From the IMG/VR virus record IMGVR_UViG_3300048631_000350, positions 1 to 57,883 of that record: a stretch of DNA of 57,883 bases. One strand, written 5' to 3'. The stretch comes from a virus. Lineage: Duplodnaviria; Caudoviricetes. The position numbers and the translations under genes are program-made. Shown piece by piece: positions 45,736-57,722 of this stretch. The notes beneath the pieces are model-generated. The model was not told the DNA's origin and searched no databases. It saw nothing but the letters and a program-made list of their open reading frames with translations. Every line of letters starts with the position of its first letter. Position 1 is the stretch's first letter.

Positions 45736-47335
45736 ATGACCACCCTGACCAACAAAACCCGCACCACCAACCCAAGCTCAGACCGCCCAGCCATCGAACT
45801 GACTGGCCTGAACCCAAAAAGCAATTCCCAGCGCTTGGCCGATTACTGGCAGAAGCGCCGTAACAACAGCCAGGCCCGCGAGTTTGAGCGGTTCTTCGGG
45901 ATCATCAATTGCATCAACGACCACTTTGCCGCTGAGGCTGAGGCCGCCATTGATTGGAAGGCGCGCCTGCTGACTGTGACGGTCACCCAGGGCCGCGAAA
46001 CCGTCTACTCGGCAACCGCTGAGATGGGCAGCCCGGCCATCGAGGCCAAGATCCGCCTGATTCGGCATGAGCTTGAACAGATGAAAGTTGCGGCCCTGGC
46101 TGGGCTCAAGGGGGCGGCATGAGAATCAATCTTCACGGCACGCAGGCTGCCAGCACCGCGCACGAAGGCGAGATGATTGGCGCCGAAGTGCAAGACCGCG
46201 AGGGCAACAGCGTGAACCTGTTTTTCGATTGCGTCGATGACGTTGAGCGACTGGCCGAAGAACTGGCCATTCTGGCGCGGGGAATCCGAGAGCAGGAGCC
46301 GAAAGACTTTTGCGCAGAGACTGGGGAGACACTGGCATGAGAATCGACGACCGCTGGAGCATTGAACAAGGCAACGACTGTTTTGTTGTGGTTGAGCGCC
46401 GTAATGGCCGCAACCCGAAGACCGGCGAAGCCACGCAAACCGAGTCGAGGACTTATCACCCGACCCTTGGTCAATGCGTGAAGAAGATCGTCAGAACGCA
46501 CACCTTGGATGCGGTAGAGGAAGAGAACCTGTGGGATGCGCTAATGCAAATTCAGGCAGGCACTGACCGGCTGATTCACAAGCTGGAAGAAATGCATCAA
46601 GAGGCGCTGGGTGAGCGCCGGGAGGTTGTGGCGTGAGTCTCGCAAAGTTGCAGATATTGAACAGTGAGGCGGAGGACGAAGAGCGCAAGTCCAGAAACTG
46701 CGAACTTGCCAAGGATCTTCTGGCAGATATGCGCAAAGGCCCGCACTCACTGAGTGACGCCCTCGACAAAGTGGTGGGGCGCTGGAATTACGGCTCGGAC
46801 GAAGTGGCGAAGAATGAGTTGCACGCCGTGCTTAACGAGATGGCGGCGGACATTTACCGGATCGCTGAAATGCGACTTGCGGCCAAAGCCAGGTTCCACA
46901 AAACGCAGGCGGCACAGAAAAGCGCAATCGTTACTGCGTCGATTCTGCCGCTGCCAGAAACGGAGGCCGACCATGCCTAAGTCACACATGCAACACCAGC
47001 GCGAAATAGACCGCGCCTCAGACATCGAACTGGACATGGAGCGCATTGAACAGGATATGCGCGAGATTCTGTTGAGCGGTGATGAGTTCCCGCTGACCTA
47101 TCGCAACCAGTCCGGCATCCGGTGCTGTGCCATCTACGACCGTGACGATGTGATCAACGCCATGATCGAGCTGGACGCGGACACCCACAACCGGGCGGTG
47201 ATGATGACCCGCACTGACCCGATTGAAGCGGCAAAGATTCTTACACAACTCATGGCAAGAGCCGTGGAACAAATCATCGGCCTGGCCCCGATTCGGGAAG
47301 CGGCTGAATTCACAGAAATGGAGAACGCAGCATGA
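45736..47335 (+). CDS. Five coupled early hypothetical ORFs (45736-46122, 46119-46340, 46337-46636, 46633-46980, 46973-47335)
   Basis: Overlapping start/stop codons, mostly ATGA/GTGA, with RBSs in the pL operon. Confidence 0.6.
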
Positions 47336-48117
47336 GCGGCTTGAGCAAACTGACCTCTACCCTGGCTGAAAAGCTGGGTATGTCTGACCAGAACGGGCAG
47401 GAGTTGATTCAGACCCTGAAAGCCACGGCATTCAAGGGCGACGTGTCAGACGCGCAGATGACTGCCCTGCTGGTGGTGGCTAATCAATACGGCCTGAACC
47501 CCTGGACCAAAGAAATCTACGCCTTCCCGGATCGCCAGAATGGCATCGTGCCAGTGGTCGGTGTCGATGGCTGGAGCCGGATCATCAACCAGAACCCGCA
47601 GTTCAACGGTATGGAGTTCCGGGCATCGGAAACCATGGTGGAAATGAATGGCGCCCGCCCCGCTCCCGAGTGGATGGAGTGCGTCATTTACCGTAAAGAC
47701 CGGGATCACCCGGTTGTCATTCGCGAGTACCTGGACGAAGTGTATCGCGAGCCGTTCAAACCTGGCATGAAAGGCCCCTGGCAAACCCACACCAAGCGGT
47801 TCTTCCGGCACAAAGCCATGATCCAGTGTTCGCGCCTGGCCTTCGGTTATGTGGGCATCTACGACCAGGACGAAGCGGAGCGTGTGGTGGATATGGGCAC
47901 CGTGCAGAGAGCCCCGGAGCAAGAGGCAGCGCGCCCCGCTCTGGAGTACTACCCGGCGGACAAGTTCGACGCCAATTTCCCGAAGTGGCAAGCCATCATC
48001 GAAGGCGGCAAGAAAACCCCGCAACAGGTGATCGACACCGTAGAAAGCAACGCCATTCTGACTGACGAGCAGCGCCTGCAGATCATTGCGCTGGCAGCAC
48101 AAGGAGAAGAAGCATGA
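47332..48117 (+). CDS. bet: Single-strand annealing protein Bet
   Basis: LLVVANQYGLNPWTKEIYAFP...VVGVDGWSRIIN...RHKAMIQCSRLAFG..GIYD.DE. Confidence 0.95.
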   Translation: MSGLSKLTSTLAEKLGMSDQNGQELIQTLKATAFKGDVSDAQMTALLVVANQYGLNPWTKEIYAFPDRQNGIVPVVGVDGWSRIINQNPQFNGMEFRASETMVEMNGARPAPEWMECVIYRKDRDHPVVIREYLDEVYREPFKPGMKGPWQTHTKRFFRHKAMIQCSRLAFGYVGIYDQDEAERVVDMGTVQRAPEQEAARPALEYYPADKFDANFPKWQAIIEGGKKTPQQVIDTVESNAILTDEQRLQIIALAAQGEEA

Positions 48118-49721
48118 AGATCCTGAACCTGATTCAAGGTAGCCCGGAGTGGCACGCAACCCGCGCAACCCGACTCACGGCCAGCGAAGCCCCGGCCATG
48201 ATGGGTGTCAGCAAATACCAGACCCGCACACAGTTGTTGGATCAGAAGGCTACCGGCTTGGTTCCGGAGGTGGACGAATACCAGCAGCGGATCTTCGATA
48301 AAGGGCACGCAGCAGAAGCAGATGCCCGCCCCATTGCTGAGCGCATCATTTCCGAGGAACTGTACCCGGTCACCTGCGAGGACGATGAAGGGCGCCTGCT
48401 GGCGTCCATGGATGGCCTGACGATGCTGGAAGATATCGGCTTCGAACACAAGCTCTGGAACGAGAAGCTGGCCGAGCAGGTAAAGGCTGGCGAACTGGAG
48501 CCGCATTACACCGTACAGATGGATCAGCAGATGCTGGTGTCCGGTGCCGAGAAGATCCTGTTTATGTGCAGCGACGGCAGCGAGGAAAACTGCGCTTGGA
48601 TGTGGTACGAGCGCAACGAGAAAGCCATCAAGGCCCTGATTGCTGGCTGGGCTCAGTTTGAGCAAGACCTGGCCAACCATAAGCCGGCGGAACCCGAAGC
48701 GCCAAAGGCCGAAGGCAAAGCCCCTGAGGCCCTACCTGCCCTGTCTGTCCAGGTGCAAGGCATGGTCACCGCCTCCAACCTGAAAGAGTTTGAGGCAAGC
48801 GCACGAGCCACTCTGGCCAGCATCAACACCGATCTGCAAACCGATGAAGATTTCGTTTCAGCCGAGAAGGCCGTGAAGTTCTGCAAAGACGTGGAAAAGC
48901 GCCTGGCCGGCGCTAAGGAAAACGTGCTGGGCCAGATGCAGACCGTGGACGAAGTAGTGAAGACCATCGACCGGATCAGCGAGGAAACCAGGCAGCTGCG
49001 GCTGAAGCTGGATAAGGCGGTGAAGGAGCAGAAGGAAACCCGCAAGCTGCAAATCCTGAACGATGCACGCGCCAAGTGGGACGCCTTTATGAGCAGCTTG
49101 CACGGCTCTCTGTCGAAGGAAGCGGACGGCCTGCCGGTAGCCCTGAACTGCAGCAACGCCGACTTTGCGGGCGCCATGAAGGGTAAGAAGACGATCAGCA
49201 GCCTGCAGTCTGCGTGTGACGACGAGTTGGCCCGCGTCAAGATCGAAGCCAACGAAACCGCCGAGCTGGTTCGGGGCAACATCCAGCAGCTGAGCGAGCA
49301 CGCTGCCGATTACAAATTCCTGTTCCGTGACTTTGGCCAAATCTGCATGAAGCCCGCCGATGACTTTGCCGCGGTGGTGAAGGTGCGCATTGCCGACTAC
49401 CGGGCAGAACAGGAAGCGAAGGCCAAGCGCGAAGCCGAGGAAGCGGCACGGCGCGAGGCTGAGCAGAAGGCGCATCAGGAAGTTGCCGCCCAGGTGCAAA
49501 CCGATACTGTGGCTGACCCCGCCACCACCGAAAAGAAGCCGGCTTACCAGATGCCGCCACTCAACTTTGCCGAGCCCAAGCCCGAGCAGGTCACTATCAG
49601 CGCCGAGGAATACGCGCAACTGGTGCACAACAGCAAGATGTATCTGGCCCTGGCTGCCGCTGGCGTGGACAACTGGGACGGCTACGACATGGCCATGGAA
49701 ATCATGCAGGAGGCCGCGTAA
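48114..49721 (+). CDS. exo: YqaJ/lambda-type exonuclease with long C-terminal extension
   Basis: QGSPEWH..R...TASEA, GH..E, ASMDG, EHK and Y..Q...QM motifs. Confidence 0.88.
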   Translation: MKILNLIQGSPEWHATRATRLTASEAPAMMGVSKYQTRTQLLDQKATGLVPEVDEYQQRIFDKGHAAEADARPIAERIISEELYPVTCEDDEGRLLASMDGLTMLEDIGFEHKLWNEKLAEQVKAGELEPHYTVQMDQQMLVSGAEKILFMCSDGSEENCAWMWYERNEKAIKALIAGWAQFEQDLANHKPAEPEAPKAEGKAPEALPALSVQVQGMVTASNLKEFEASARATLASINTDLQTDEDFVSAEKAVKFCKDVEKRLAGAKENVLGQMQTVDEVVKTIDRISEETRQLRLKLDKAVKEQKETRKLQILNDARAKWDAFMSSLHGSLSKEADGLPVALNCSNADFAGAMKGKKTISSLQSACDDELARVKIEANETAELVRGNIQQLSEHAADYKFLFRDFGQICMKPADDFAAVVKVRIADYRAEQEAKAKREAEEAARREAEQKAHQEVAAQVQTDTVADPATTEKKPAYQMPPLNFAEPKPEQVTISAEEYAQLVHNSKMYLALAAAGVDNWDGYDMAMEIMQEAA

Positions 49722-50056
49722 TGGCCAAACCCCGAGTAATCCTGACCCCCAGCCAGATTGACCGGGTGAAAGCCATGGCAGCCGTTGAGCTGCCGTTGGA
49801 GACCGTCGCCCGCCAGCTGGGCATGGCCCGCGAAACCCTGGCAAACGCCCTGACTCGTCAGGGCCTGGGCGAGTGGATGGAAGAAGCGTTCCCGTGTCGC
49901 CGAGGTGTCGGCAGCGGCGGCGCCCGGAAAGGCGTAGAGCGCAAGCCGAAATCCAGTGGCGAAATGCGCAAGCTCAAGCCCGAGCAGATTGTTGTGCCGC
50001 TGAAGGTGCCGGAGAGTTTGCAGGCGAAGTGGTTGATGGGGAGATCCGTAGCGTGA
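49721..50056 (+). CDS. HTH-containing hypothetical protein
   Basis: LETVARQLGMARETL. Confidence 0.55.
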   Translation: MAKPRVILTPSQIDRVKAMAAVELPLETVARQLGMARETLANALTRQGLGEWMEEAFPCRRGVGSGGARKGVERKPKSSGEMRKLKPEQIVVPLKVPESLQAKWLMGRSVA

Positions 50057-50943
50057 ACGCCAGCCAGATCACACTGAACAGCTACTTCTCTGGTGCCGGC
50101 CTGATGGATATCGGGCTGATCGAAGCAGGCCTGCGAGTGAACCAGTCGTTTGAGCTGGACAGCTCCGCTTGCCGGGTGCAGCGCGAAAACCTCAAGCATG
50201 AGGTGGTCGAGTGCGACATCAGCCAGAAGCTGGCCCTGGATGAGCAGGACTGCGACTGGATGGTGTTCACCTACCCTTGCACCAAGTACAGCACCATTGG
50301 CGACATTCACGGCGTCCGCACCGGTGACGAACTGTTCCTGCACAGCCTTCGGCACATGGCCATAAAGAAGCCAGAGGGCTACGTGGTCGAGAATGTGCCC
50401 GGCATGCGCGCCTTCCCGGTGGTGATGGAAGCGATGACCAGGCTGCCGGATTACTACGTGCAGACCTTCTGTCCGGTGCAGTCAAATCTGTGGCTGCCCC
50501 AGCGCCGGGACCGCCTGATCATCATTGGCAGCAAGCGCCCGTTTGCATGGCGGCCGCCTGAGCACAACCGCCCTATCCGGCTGCGGGATATTGTCGAGGC
50601 TGAGCCGCGCATCACGATTCCCAAGTCGGTGGCTAACCGGATGAACGGAAAGTACCGGGATCTGCCGATTATCTCAGACCCTGAGCGCGACGATGTGGCG
50701 CCCACCTGTGTGGCGCACTACGCGAAGGACAAATCCACCCGAGTGCTGGCTGACAAGCGGTTTCCGATGGGCGTGCGCCCTTACTCCGTGCGGGAGTATG
50801 CGCGGCTCCAGGGTGTGCCCGACTGGTTCCAGTTCAACTGCTCCGATACCGAGGCCTATCGCATGGTGGGCAACGGAGTGAGCGTGCCGGTTGCGCGCTG
50901 GATCGGAAACGAGATCAAGCGATATCACGGAGTTGCAGCATGA
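50053..50943 (+). CDS. C5 cytosine DNA methyltransferase (orphan)
   Basis: FSGAG (I), YPC (IV), ENV (VI), QRRDR (VIII), REYARLQG (IX) and GNGV (X) motifs. Confidence 0.9.
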   Translation: MNASQITLNSYFSGAGLMDIGLIEAGLRVNQSFELDSSACRVQRENLKHEVVECDISQKLALDEQDCDWMVFTYPCTKYSTIGDIHGVRTGDELFLHSLRHMAIKKPEGYVVENVPGMRAFPVVMEAMTRLPDYYVQTFCPVQSNLWLPQRRDRLIIIGSKRPFAWRPPEHNRPIRLRDIVEAEPRITIPKSVANRMNGKYRDLPIISDPERDDVAPTCVAHYAKDKSTRVLADKRFPMGVRPYSVREYARLQGVPDWFQFNCSDTEAYRMVGNGVSVPVARWIGNEIKRYHGVAA

Positions 50944-53056
50944 ACCCCCACAACAAAGACGAGTTCGCTGCCGCCTGGGTAGAACTGGATGACCCGGCAG
51001 AAGTCCGGGCGGCGTTTGAGCGAGACGATAACCCGGAGCCGAAGCCGGCGAAGTATCCCTACAAGCTGATTAACGGCGAATTGGTGAAAGACGATGGAAC
51101 AGATCCGAAAAAGACACCACCTCAAAGCGCATGAGCGGGCGGCTGTTGACGCTGATCTGATCAAGCGCAAAGAGCTGCGCCGGCGCATGGCTGAGAACGC
51201 CGCAGAGATCGTCACTCTGGAAGTAGGTGTTTCGGCTCGAACCATCCAGAAGGTGGATCGTCTGCGCAAAGTCTGCCCTGCGCTATTCCCGCGAATCGAC
51301 CAGGGGAAGCTGGAAGAAGCGTTCAGGCGTCGGCGGATCTACTGGCTGGCTCGTGAGGAATTTCAGAGCCGGTACAGCGATCAGGCCATGATGGCTCGGC
51401 ACAACATTTCCAAGACCACGCTGGTGCGCCGGCAGAAGCAGGTTTACCAGCAGCAGGCAGAGCAAATTCGGAGGGCGGCATGAACATTCGCGACCTTTCA
51501 CCAGACCACCCGCTTCGCACCGACCCGTCACGACCATGGCCCTACAAGGTGCTGGTGGGCTACCGGGCTCAGGGCAACCGCAAGATCGTGGCCACCCGCT
51601 CGGTCTATGTCCGGGCCACCAGCGAGGACCAGGCAGAGCAAGCGGGCTTCCGTGAAGCCAGAGCCATGATCCCGATGGTAGTCGATGGCCGCCGTCTGAA
51701 GGCAAGCCGGATCGTGAGCAGTCGGCCGCTGGATAAGCAGGATGCGATCGGGGGGCGCGGCATGAGCCAGCAAGAGCTGATCGAAAAGCCCCTGTCCCCG
51801 GACGTGTTCACGCTGCTGCGGCTGTTTGAGAACCACCGGGGCATCGACCGGCCGCAAGACTGGTACGACCTGAAACAGAACTATCACGGCCAACTGGATG
51901 ATCCCGCCAGCCGGGAATGCTGGTCATCAGCACGGCTCAGCAAGGCGCTGGATGCGGCAGAAGCAGCCGGGTATGTCGTGCACCGGAAGAAATGGGAAAT
52001 CACCAGCCAGGGGCTTGAGGCCCGGAAAGCAGAGACGGCGCGGAGGATGAAAGGGTGACCTGCGACAAATGCAGCGCCCTACTGGAGCGCCTGAACAAAC
52101 TCCGTGACCGGAAAGACTACTACGTGCGCGAGAACAAAAGGCTTCGGGCGCAGGTCCGGAATCAGCGCAAGAAGCTGAGCGAATGGGAGAAGAAGCATGG
52201 CAACAACTGAACGAGAAGACGCACTGGACCGCAAGCTGAGCGGCCAGAGCAAGACTGACCGGCTGATTGATGGCGCTGCTGCCCTCATTGCCGGCCAGGC
52301 CTATGAGCTGATGCTCTCGCACTCGATTGAGGGCGAGTGGCCAGAATCCGAGGCGCACGTAAAAGCTGAGCACGACATGTTGCTGGAAATGGTTGGTGAG
52401 CTAAGGAAGCTGAAAGGCAACCCACAAGGAATCCTTGACGGTTCAGACCATATTGCTGACGACCGCAAAATGGTTGAGGGCAACGTGGCTCTGGCTGGCG
52501 ATATAACCGACCAGGATGGCACGACGTTTTATCGGTCTCTGCTTGTCCAGTTTACAGATGATTCCAGTCTTCGGGCTGCAGTGGATTCGGGCCAGTGCCG
52601 GTTTACGGTGTTTGGGGGTGAGGTGTGAAGGCCGAGCCGAAATCTTACAGGGGCTGGCCTCTACTGGATACGCTGCCAGAAGGCTGGGCAATAGACAGGA
52701 CGGCAGGCTCCCCGGTGTGTGGATATGAGTTCTGCACCAACGGGCAGGGCGTGCTTTCCGGACGGCAAGAAAGGGCTCTAGTTCGCTCGGGCCAGACTGA
52801 AACACCGAAACCCGCCGCCAAGCTACGGGCATTGAGCCCAAAGCCAAGCCGGAGCATCGAGAAATGCAAGGGGCAAGCTGCCGGCGAATACCCGGCCAAA
52901 ACAGTTAACCAACTTGCTCGCGAGAAATTTAAGGCGCGCCTGCTCAGCGACATCCTTATAGATTTGAAGGTTTGCGAGATCGAAGGGTGGAGCAAGGCCG
53001 AATACATAGGCGAGCTCCGTAAGCTGATAAATGGAATAGGGGCATGCAATGACTGA
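50940..53056 (+). CDS. Cluster of small hypothetical ORFs (50940-51134, 51094-51483, 51480-52058, 52055-52210, 52197-52628, 52625-53056)
   Basis: Contiguous overlapping plus-strand ORFs. Confidence 0.55.
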
Positions 53057-53708
53057 CTTTTGCAGCGTGGGCCGGCGCTCTACCGAGAACTACCGCTGGT
53101 GGACGGCAGCCGATGACGACCAACTGACTGAGTTGTACGCCACCCACAAACTCAAGGACATTGCCGAGATCATGGGCCGGAGCATCAGCTCAGTGGCAAA
53201 CCGGCGCGTGAAGCTCGGGCTGAAAAGAACGCCAGAGCAGCAGGCGCGTATCGGTAACGGCTGCTTTAAGCCGGGCCAGAAGCCGTGGAACGCCGGCAAG
53301 AAAGGTTGGAACGCAGGTGGACGCAGCGCTGAGACCAGATTCAAGAAGGGCGAAAAGCCTTCAAACACCTGGCGGCCCATTGGTGCCGAGCGGATCTCGA
53401 AAGACGGCCTTTTGCAGCGCAAGGTTTCGGACACTGGCGACAAGCGTAAAGACTGGCGCCCCGTCCATGTGATGATCTGGGAGGCCGAAAACGGGCCGGT
53501 GCCCGAGGGTCATATCGTGATCTTCAAAGACCGGGATCAGCGCAACCTGTCGCCGGACAACCTCGAAGCCATCACGCGGGCAGAGAACATGCGCCGGAAC
53601 TCGATAGATCGATACCCGCCAGAGTACCGCCAAGCGGCCATTACCCTCGGATGGTTTAAGCGTCGAATCAACAAAATGGAGCGAGAGCAGCATGAAAACA
53701 ATCGGTGA
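53049..53708 (+). CDS. HNH endonuclease-domain protein with N-terminal HTH
   Basis: HVMIWE..NGPVP.GHIV.F.D....N...DNL....RAENM..N. Confidence 0.85.
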   Translation: MTDFCSVGRRSTENYRWWTAADDDQLTELYATHKLKDIAEIMGRSISSVANRRVKLGLKRTPEQQARIGNGCFKPGQKPWNAGKKGWNAGGRSAETRFKKGEKPSNTWRPIGAERISKDGLLQRKVSDTGDKRKDWRPVHVMIWEAENGPVPEGHIVIFKDRDQRNLSPDNLEAITRAENMRRNSIDRYPPEYRQAAITLGWFKRRINKMEREQHENNR

Positions 53709-56278
53709 TCTTAGGGATGTGCTGGGCAGAACGATGGAAGGTGTGCTGGATGGCAAGTATACCGTCGAGCAGGCCCGCGCAGTGGCTCAGGTGGCGCAGG
53801 AAGTGAATGCCACGGCAAAGCTGGAAATTGACATGGCGCGGGCCACAGATGGCGACTTCAAGGGGTCCGGATTTATCGACGTTGATCCTGGGCACGGAAT
53901 CCAGCAGCGGAAACTTGAAGGTCGGAAGGGCGTATGAACATTGAACTAAAACCAATCGCAGAATCCAAAGTCCGCCAGTTGGGCGGCGATGTTTGCGGGG
54001 TGCTGGTGCGTAAGGACGGCAAGCTGGCTGCTGTGGATGAGCATGGGCGGGTGCAGTGGTTGCAAAGTGAGCGAGGTTCGGAGCCGGTGGCGTGGTCTTG
54101 GGAATACCGAGGACTGCACGTAAGCGCAGATAAAGCCTTTATCGAAAAGATTGCCGCCGACGGCTTTGCTGTACGCCCGCTGGTATTCGCTGACACCCAG
54201 CCCGCCCGCGCTCAGGGTGGCCAGGGTACGGAAGTTGTGGCGTGGGCCAGCCCCTTGCCTGACGGTACGGAACAGGTCACGAAAGAGTTGCCAGAGAGAA
54301 TCTACGGCGTGGTGCCTAAAGACTATCAGTGGTATGTGCGCCCTCTCGTATACGCCGATACCCGGCCCCAGCCCGCCGTGCCGGATGATCTGCGGAAACA
54401 CATCGAAAGAATGCTTGAGCTTCACGAAAAACGCGGCGTTGTGCTGTCGGTTCACATGCAAGAGCTTGAAGAACTTATCACCACCCCCACCACACCCCAG
54501 GCTGATGGGTGGAAGGTTAAATTCATGCAGATAATGAGCGAGATCTACTCTGATCTGGATGACGAGCACGAAGATCCAATCCCTTCGGATCTATGGGATT
54601 TGTGGCGAGATTTGCGCGCAGCAACACAACCACCAGCCGAACAGGAGAGCGAAGGCGATGAGTGATCTTCTTCGGTACAGAGTGACCTCACAAGACGGCG
54701 CTCCAGCAAGATTTGACGAGTCGGAAACAGGCTACTGGACGCCATGGTATATCGCAGAGCGACGCTGCAATGACCTCCGCGCCAAGCTGGAACAGGCCGA
54801 GGCGCGGATGGCGGAGTTGACACATAGCTGCCAAATAGAAAAAACCTCCATGCTTATGCGCGTTTCTCGATTGTCTGAAACTCTGGAAGCAATCCGCAGC
54901 GGAGAGTTTTCGCTGCCAAAATGCCAGCAACTGGCAGACAGAGCTTTGGGCTCTCCTGTTTCCGAGGCTGCTATTCTGCGATTGCAGGCCGAGGCGGTGG
55001 AGCAATGCTATAGCGATATCGGAGAGATGGTGTTTTCGCCGGAGGTTCGGACACCGCAAGGCGCGCTGAATAAAGCAGCGGGGCATTGCGCAGACTACGT
55101 TCAACGCTTGCGCCAACAAGCCGACGAAGCCGAGCGGGCGGGAGGTGAGATGTGAGCTGTGAATACGTTCAGCAGTATTACAAAGTCCCAGCGGTGATTG
55201 GCCGTCGAGTCGTAGTGAATGGTCGAGCTGGAATCATTGCCGAGGACTGCGGCCATCATATTGGCGTCAATTTCGACGACGACAAGCCCGGCAGCATTTC
55301 GCACTGCCACCCGACTTGGGAGGTTGAATATCTCGGGATGGGCAAAGTGCGACAGATGACGCGCAGCCAGAAACGCTACCGCCGGTTCCGTGAGTATGGC
55401 GATATGTTCGATAGCTTCATTGATTTCTGCCGCTGGCACGACTCGCCAGAGCGTTCGTGGAATGGAGGTGCGCAGTGAACGATACACCAGAGACCATCTA
55501 TTTGATCCCCGGCGAGGACGTAGACGGAGCGCCCTGCATGGTCTGGTGCGATGATCCAGCGCCCGGCGAAGGCATGGACCCCGCAGAGGCGGTGAAGTAT
55601 GTCCGGGCCGGATCAGCGAGTGCCTTTGAGCGTGATGTGGCTTTCCGCCAGCGTGACCTTGCCTATAAGCAGCGCAATAAGGCGGAGCTAAAGTGGTCCC
55701 AGGCCCGGCAGGAAAACCGAGACCTCCACGAACGGATCGGGGAACTGGAAACCATGGTCAAGGTATTCCGGGGCTGTATCGAAACAGGTCTGATGCCGGA
55801 GCCTGGCAGTCCTTGCCAGCGAAAAGTATTTGATCTTGTTGGGGAGCCTGGCGATGACTGACTACAAAACCAGAACAACCCAGATCATGGTGCACCCGGC
55901 TGATAGCCAAACCATCCTGAGCGAGATGGTAACGACGGTCAGCATCGATGACGAAGGCGGCGGCGAGTTTGTAAAAGCCGAGCAGGTGAATACCGGCGCA
56001 ATCTTGATTAACCCGGACGAGTGGCCGGAGTTGCGGGCGGCGATTGATCGGATGATTTCGGAGTGCGAGGGAGGTGAGCGGTGAACAACTCAACCGCAAA
56101 AACCTGCAAAAACTGCCAGTGGTGGGATCCGATTAATAGCGTAATCGGGGAATGCCGAAGAATGCCGCCTCATCCAGCTGACAATGTAGCCGACCCGCGA
56201 TGGTGGCCCGGGACAAAGAGAGATGACTGGTGCGGCGAGTTTGCAGAATACAAAGACAAGGGGAGCGGGAAGGCATGA
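53692..56278 (+). CDS. Cluster of small hypothetical ORFs (53692-53937, 53934-54665, 54658-55155, 55152-55478, 55475-55861, 55854-56084, 56081-56278)
   Basis: Contiguous coupled ORFs with RBSs. Confidence 0.55.
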
Positions 56279-56463
56279 GCCAACAACCAAAATGGGTGCT
56301 TGAAAAGCGCCTCCGAGAACTGACCGGCCTGAGCCATGAGCAGGTGCGCCTGCGCCGGGGGCAATGGGTGGAGGGTCGCCAGTGGAAGTACGGCCCAGAC
56401 AAAACCATCTGGTACAACCTGGAGGAAATCGAACGGTGGGTCGAAAACGGAATCGCGGCCTAA
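56275..56463 (+). CDS. xis: Excisionase
   Basis: KWV....L.ELTGL...W.EG..W...PD..IWYN.EEI.RW; overlaps the int start. Confidence 0.85.
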   Translation: MSQQPKWVLEKRLRELTGLSHEQVRLRRGQWVEGRQWKYGPDKTIWYNLEEIERWVENGIAA

Positions 56464-57716
56464 GCCCCCAGGAAGAACGGGAGGCCATCGAGCAGTTGGT
56501 GGCCAATTCCCCGGGCATTGAGTTGCGCGGCGAGGCCGTCCGGATTGATTTCATGTACCAGGGCAAGCGGTGCCGGGAGACGCTGAAAATCCCGCTGACG
56601 TTTGCCAACGTGGAATATGCGGTCAACAAGCGGAAGTCGATTCAGCTGGAAATCCGCCAGGGTGCGTTCGATTACGCGGTGCATTTCCCGGAATCGACCA
56701 GGGCCCGGAATACCAAAGCCAGCCGGTCAATCGATCTTGAGTCTCTGTATCGGCGCTATCTGCCGGTCATGGCCATGGACATTACGACCGAGACCGAACG
56801 GCGGTACAAGGTGGCTCTGGACGTGTGCTGTGAGATTGTCGGCTGGTCCGTGCCAGTGGACACGCTCATGCCTGAAGATGTGGACAGGCTGCGCTCCGGC
56901 CTCATTGCCACGCGCAAACCGTCCACAGCGAATCACTATGTCAGCGTCTGGAACGGAATGTTGAGCTGGGCCAAGGCCAATGAATACACCTCTCGTGATC
57001 TGAGTGCGTCAAAGTTCAAGGGTGTGGCCGATGATCCGGACCCGCTGACTTTGGACGAGTACAGGGAAGTGATCGAGAATGGCTGCCTGCACCCCCAGGA
57101 CAAGGCGCTGGTCACGCTTGCAGTTTACACCGGGCTTCGGCCTGGCGAACTGTGCGCCCTGGCCAGAGAGGATATTGAGGGCAACCTGATACACGTTCGG
57201 CGATCAGTGACAGCAGCCAAGGTGCTGAAGGTGCCAAAGACCGAGAACGCGAGAAAGGTTTGGCTGGTACCGCCAGCACAGGAAGCGGTCAGGGCGCTAC
57301 TGGAAATGACCAGGGACGCCAAACCCGTCGAGGAAGCCGTGGAGATCAGCCGACACCAGTCGCGCAAGGAAACGATTACGCCACTGGTGACGCCGTTGCA
57401 GGCGAGGAACAAGAGCATTTCCACCAACCGCATGCAGGTCGGTTCGTGGGCGACGAAGTGGGAGAAGCTGCTGACCAGGGCAAAGGTCCGGCGCCGGGTT
57501 GCCTATCAAACTCGTCACACTTATGCCTGCTGGTCACTGACGGCACATGGTAACATTGCGTTCATTGCAAAGCAGATGGGCCACAAAGACTATTCCATGC
57601 TGGTGAAAGTCTATGGCCGGTGGATGGATTCGGAGTCTGAGAACGAGGCGGAATTCATCTGGCAGGAATTGCAGAAAAGCGGTGCATTTTGCCCCACGAT
57701 TGCCCCAAGCGAATGA
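56436..57716 (+). CDS. int: Tyrosine integrase with DUF3596-type arm-binding domain
   Basis: IDFMYQGKRCRETL...FDY..HFP.S; TGLRPGE, PKT, YQTRHT, QMGH and Y catalytic motifs; GTG start behind GGAGG. Confidence 0.95.
   Translation: MGRKRNRGLSPQEEREAIEQLVANSPGIELRGEAVRIDFMYQGKRCRETLKIPLTFANVEYAVNKRKSIQLEIRQGAFDYAVHFPESTRARNTKASRSIDLESLYRRYLPVMAMDITTETERRYKVALDVCCEIVGWSVPVDTLMPEDVDRLRSGLIATRKPSTANHYVSVWNGMLSWAKANEYTSRDLSASKFKGVADDPDPLTLDEYREVIENGCLHPQDKALVTLAVYTGLRPGELCALAREDIEGNLIHVRRSVTAAKVLKVPKTENARKVWLVPPAQEAVRALLEMTRDAKPVEEAVEISRHQSRKETITPLVTPLQARNKSISTNRMQVGSWATKWEKLLTRAKVRRRVAYQTRHTYACWSLTAHGNIAFIAKQMGHKDYSMLVKVYGRWMDSESENEAEFIWQELQKSGAFCPTIAPSE
57688..57710 (+). repeat. Putative integrase arm-type site (tandem TTGCCCCA), right arm, inside the int 3' end
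   Basis: TTTGCCCCACGATTGCCCCAAGC; partner at 242-264. Confidence 0.75.
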
Positions 57717-57722
57717 GGAAGT

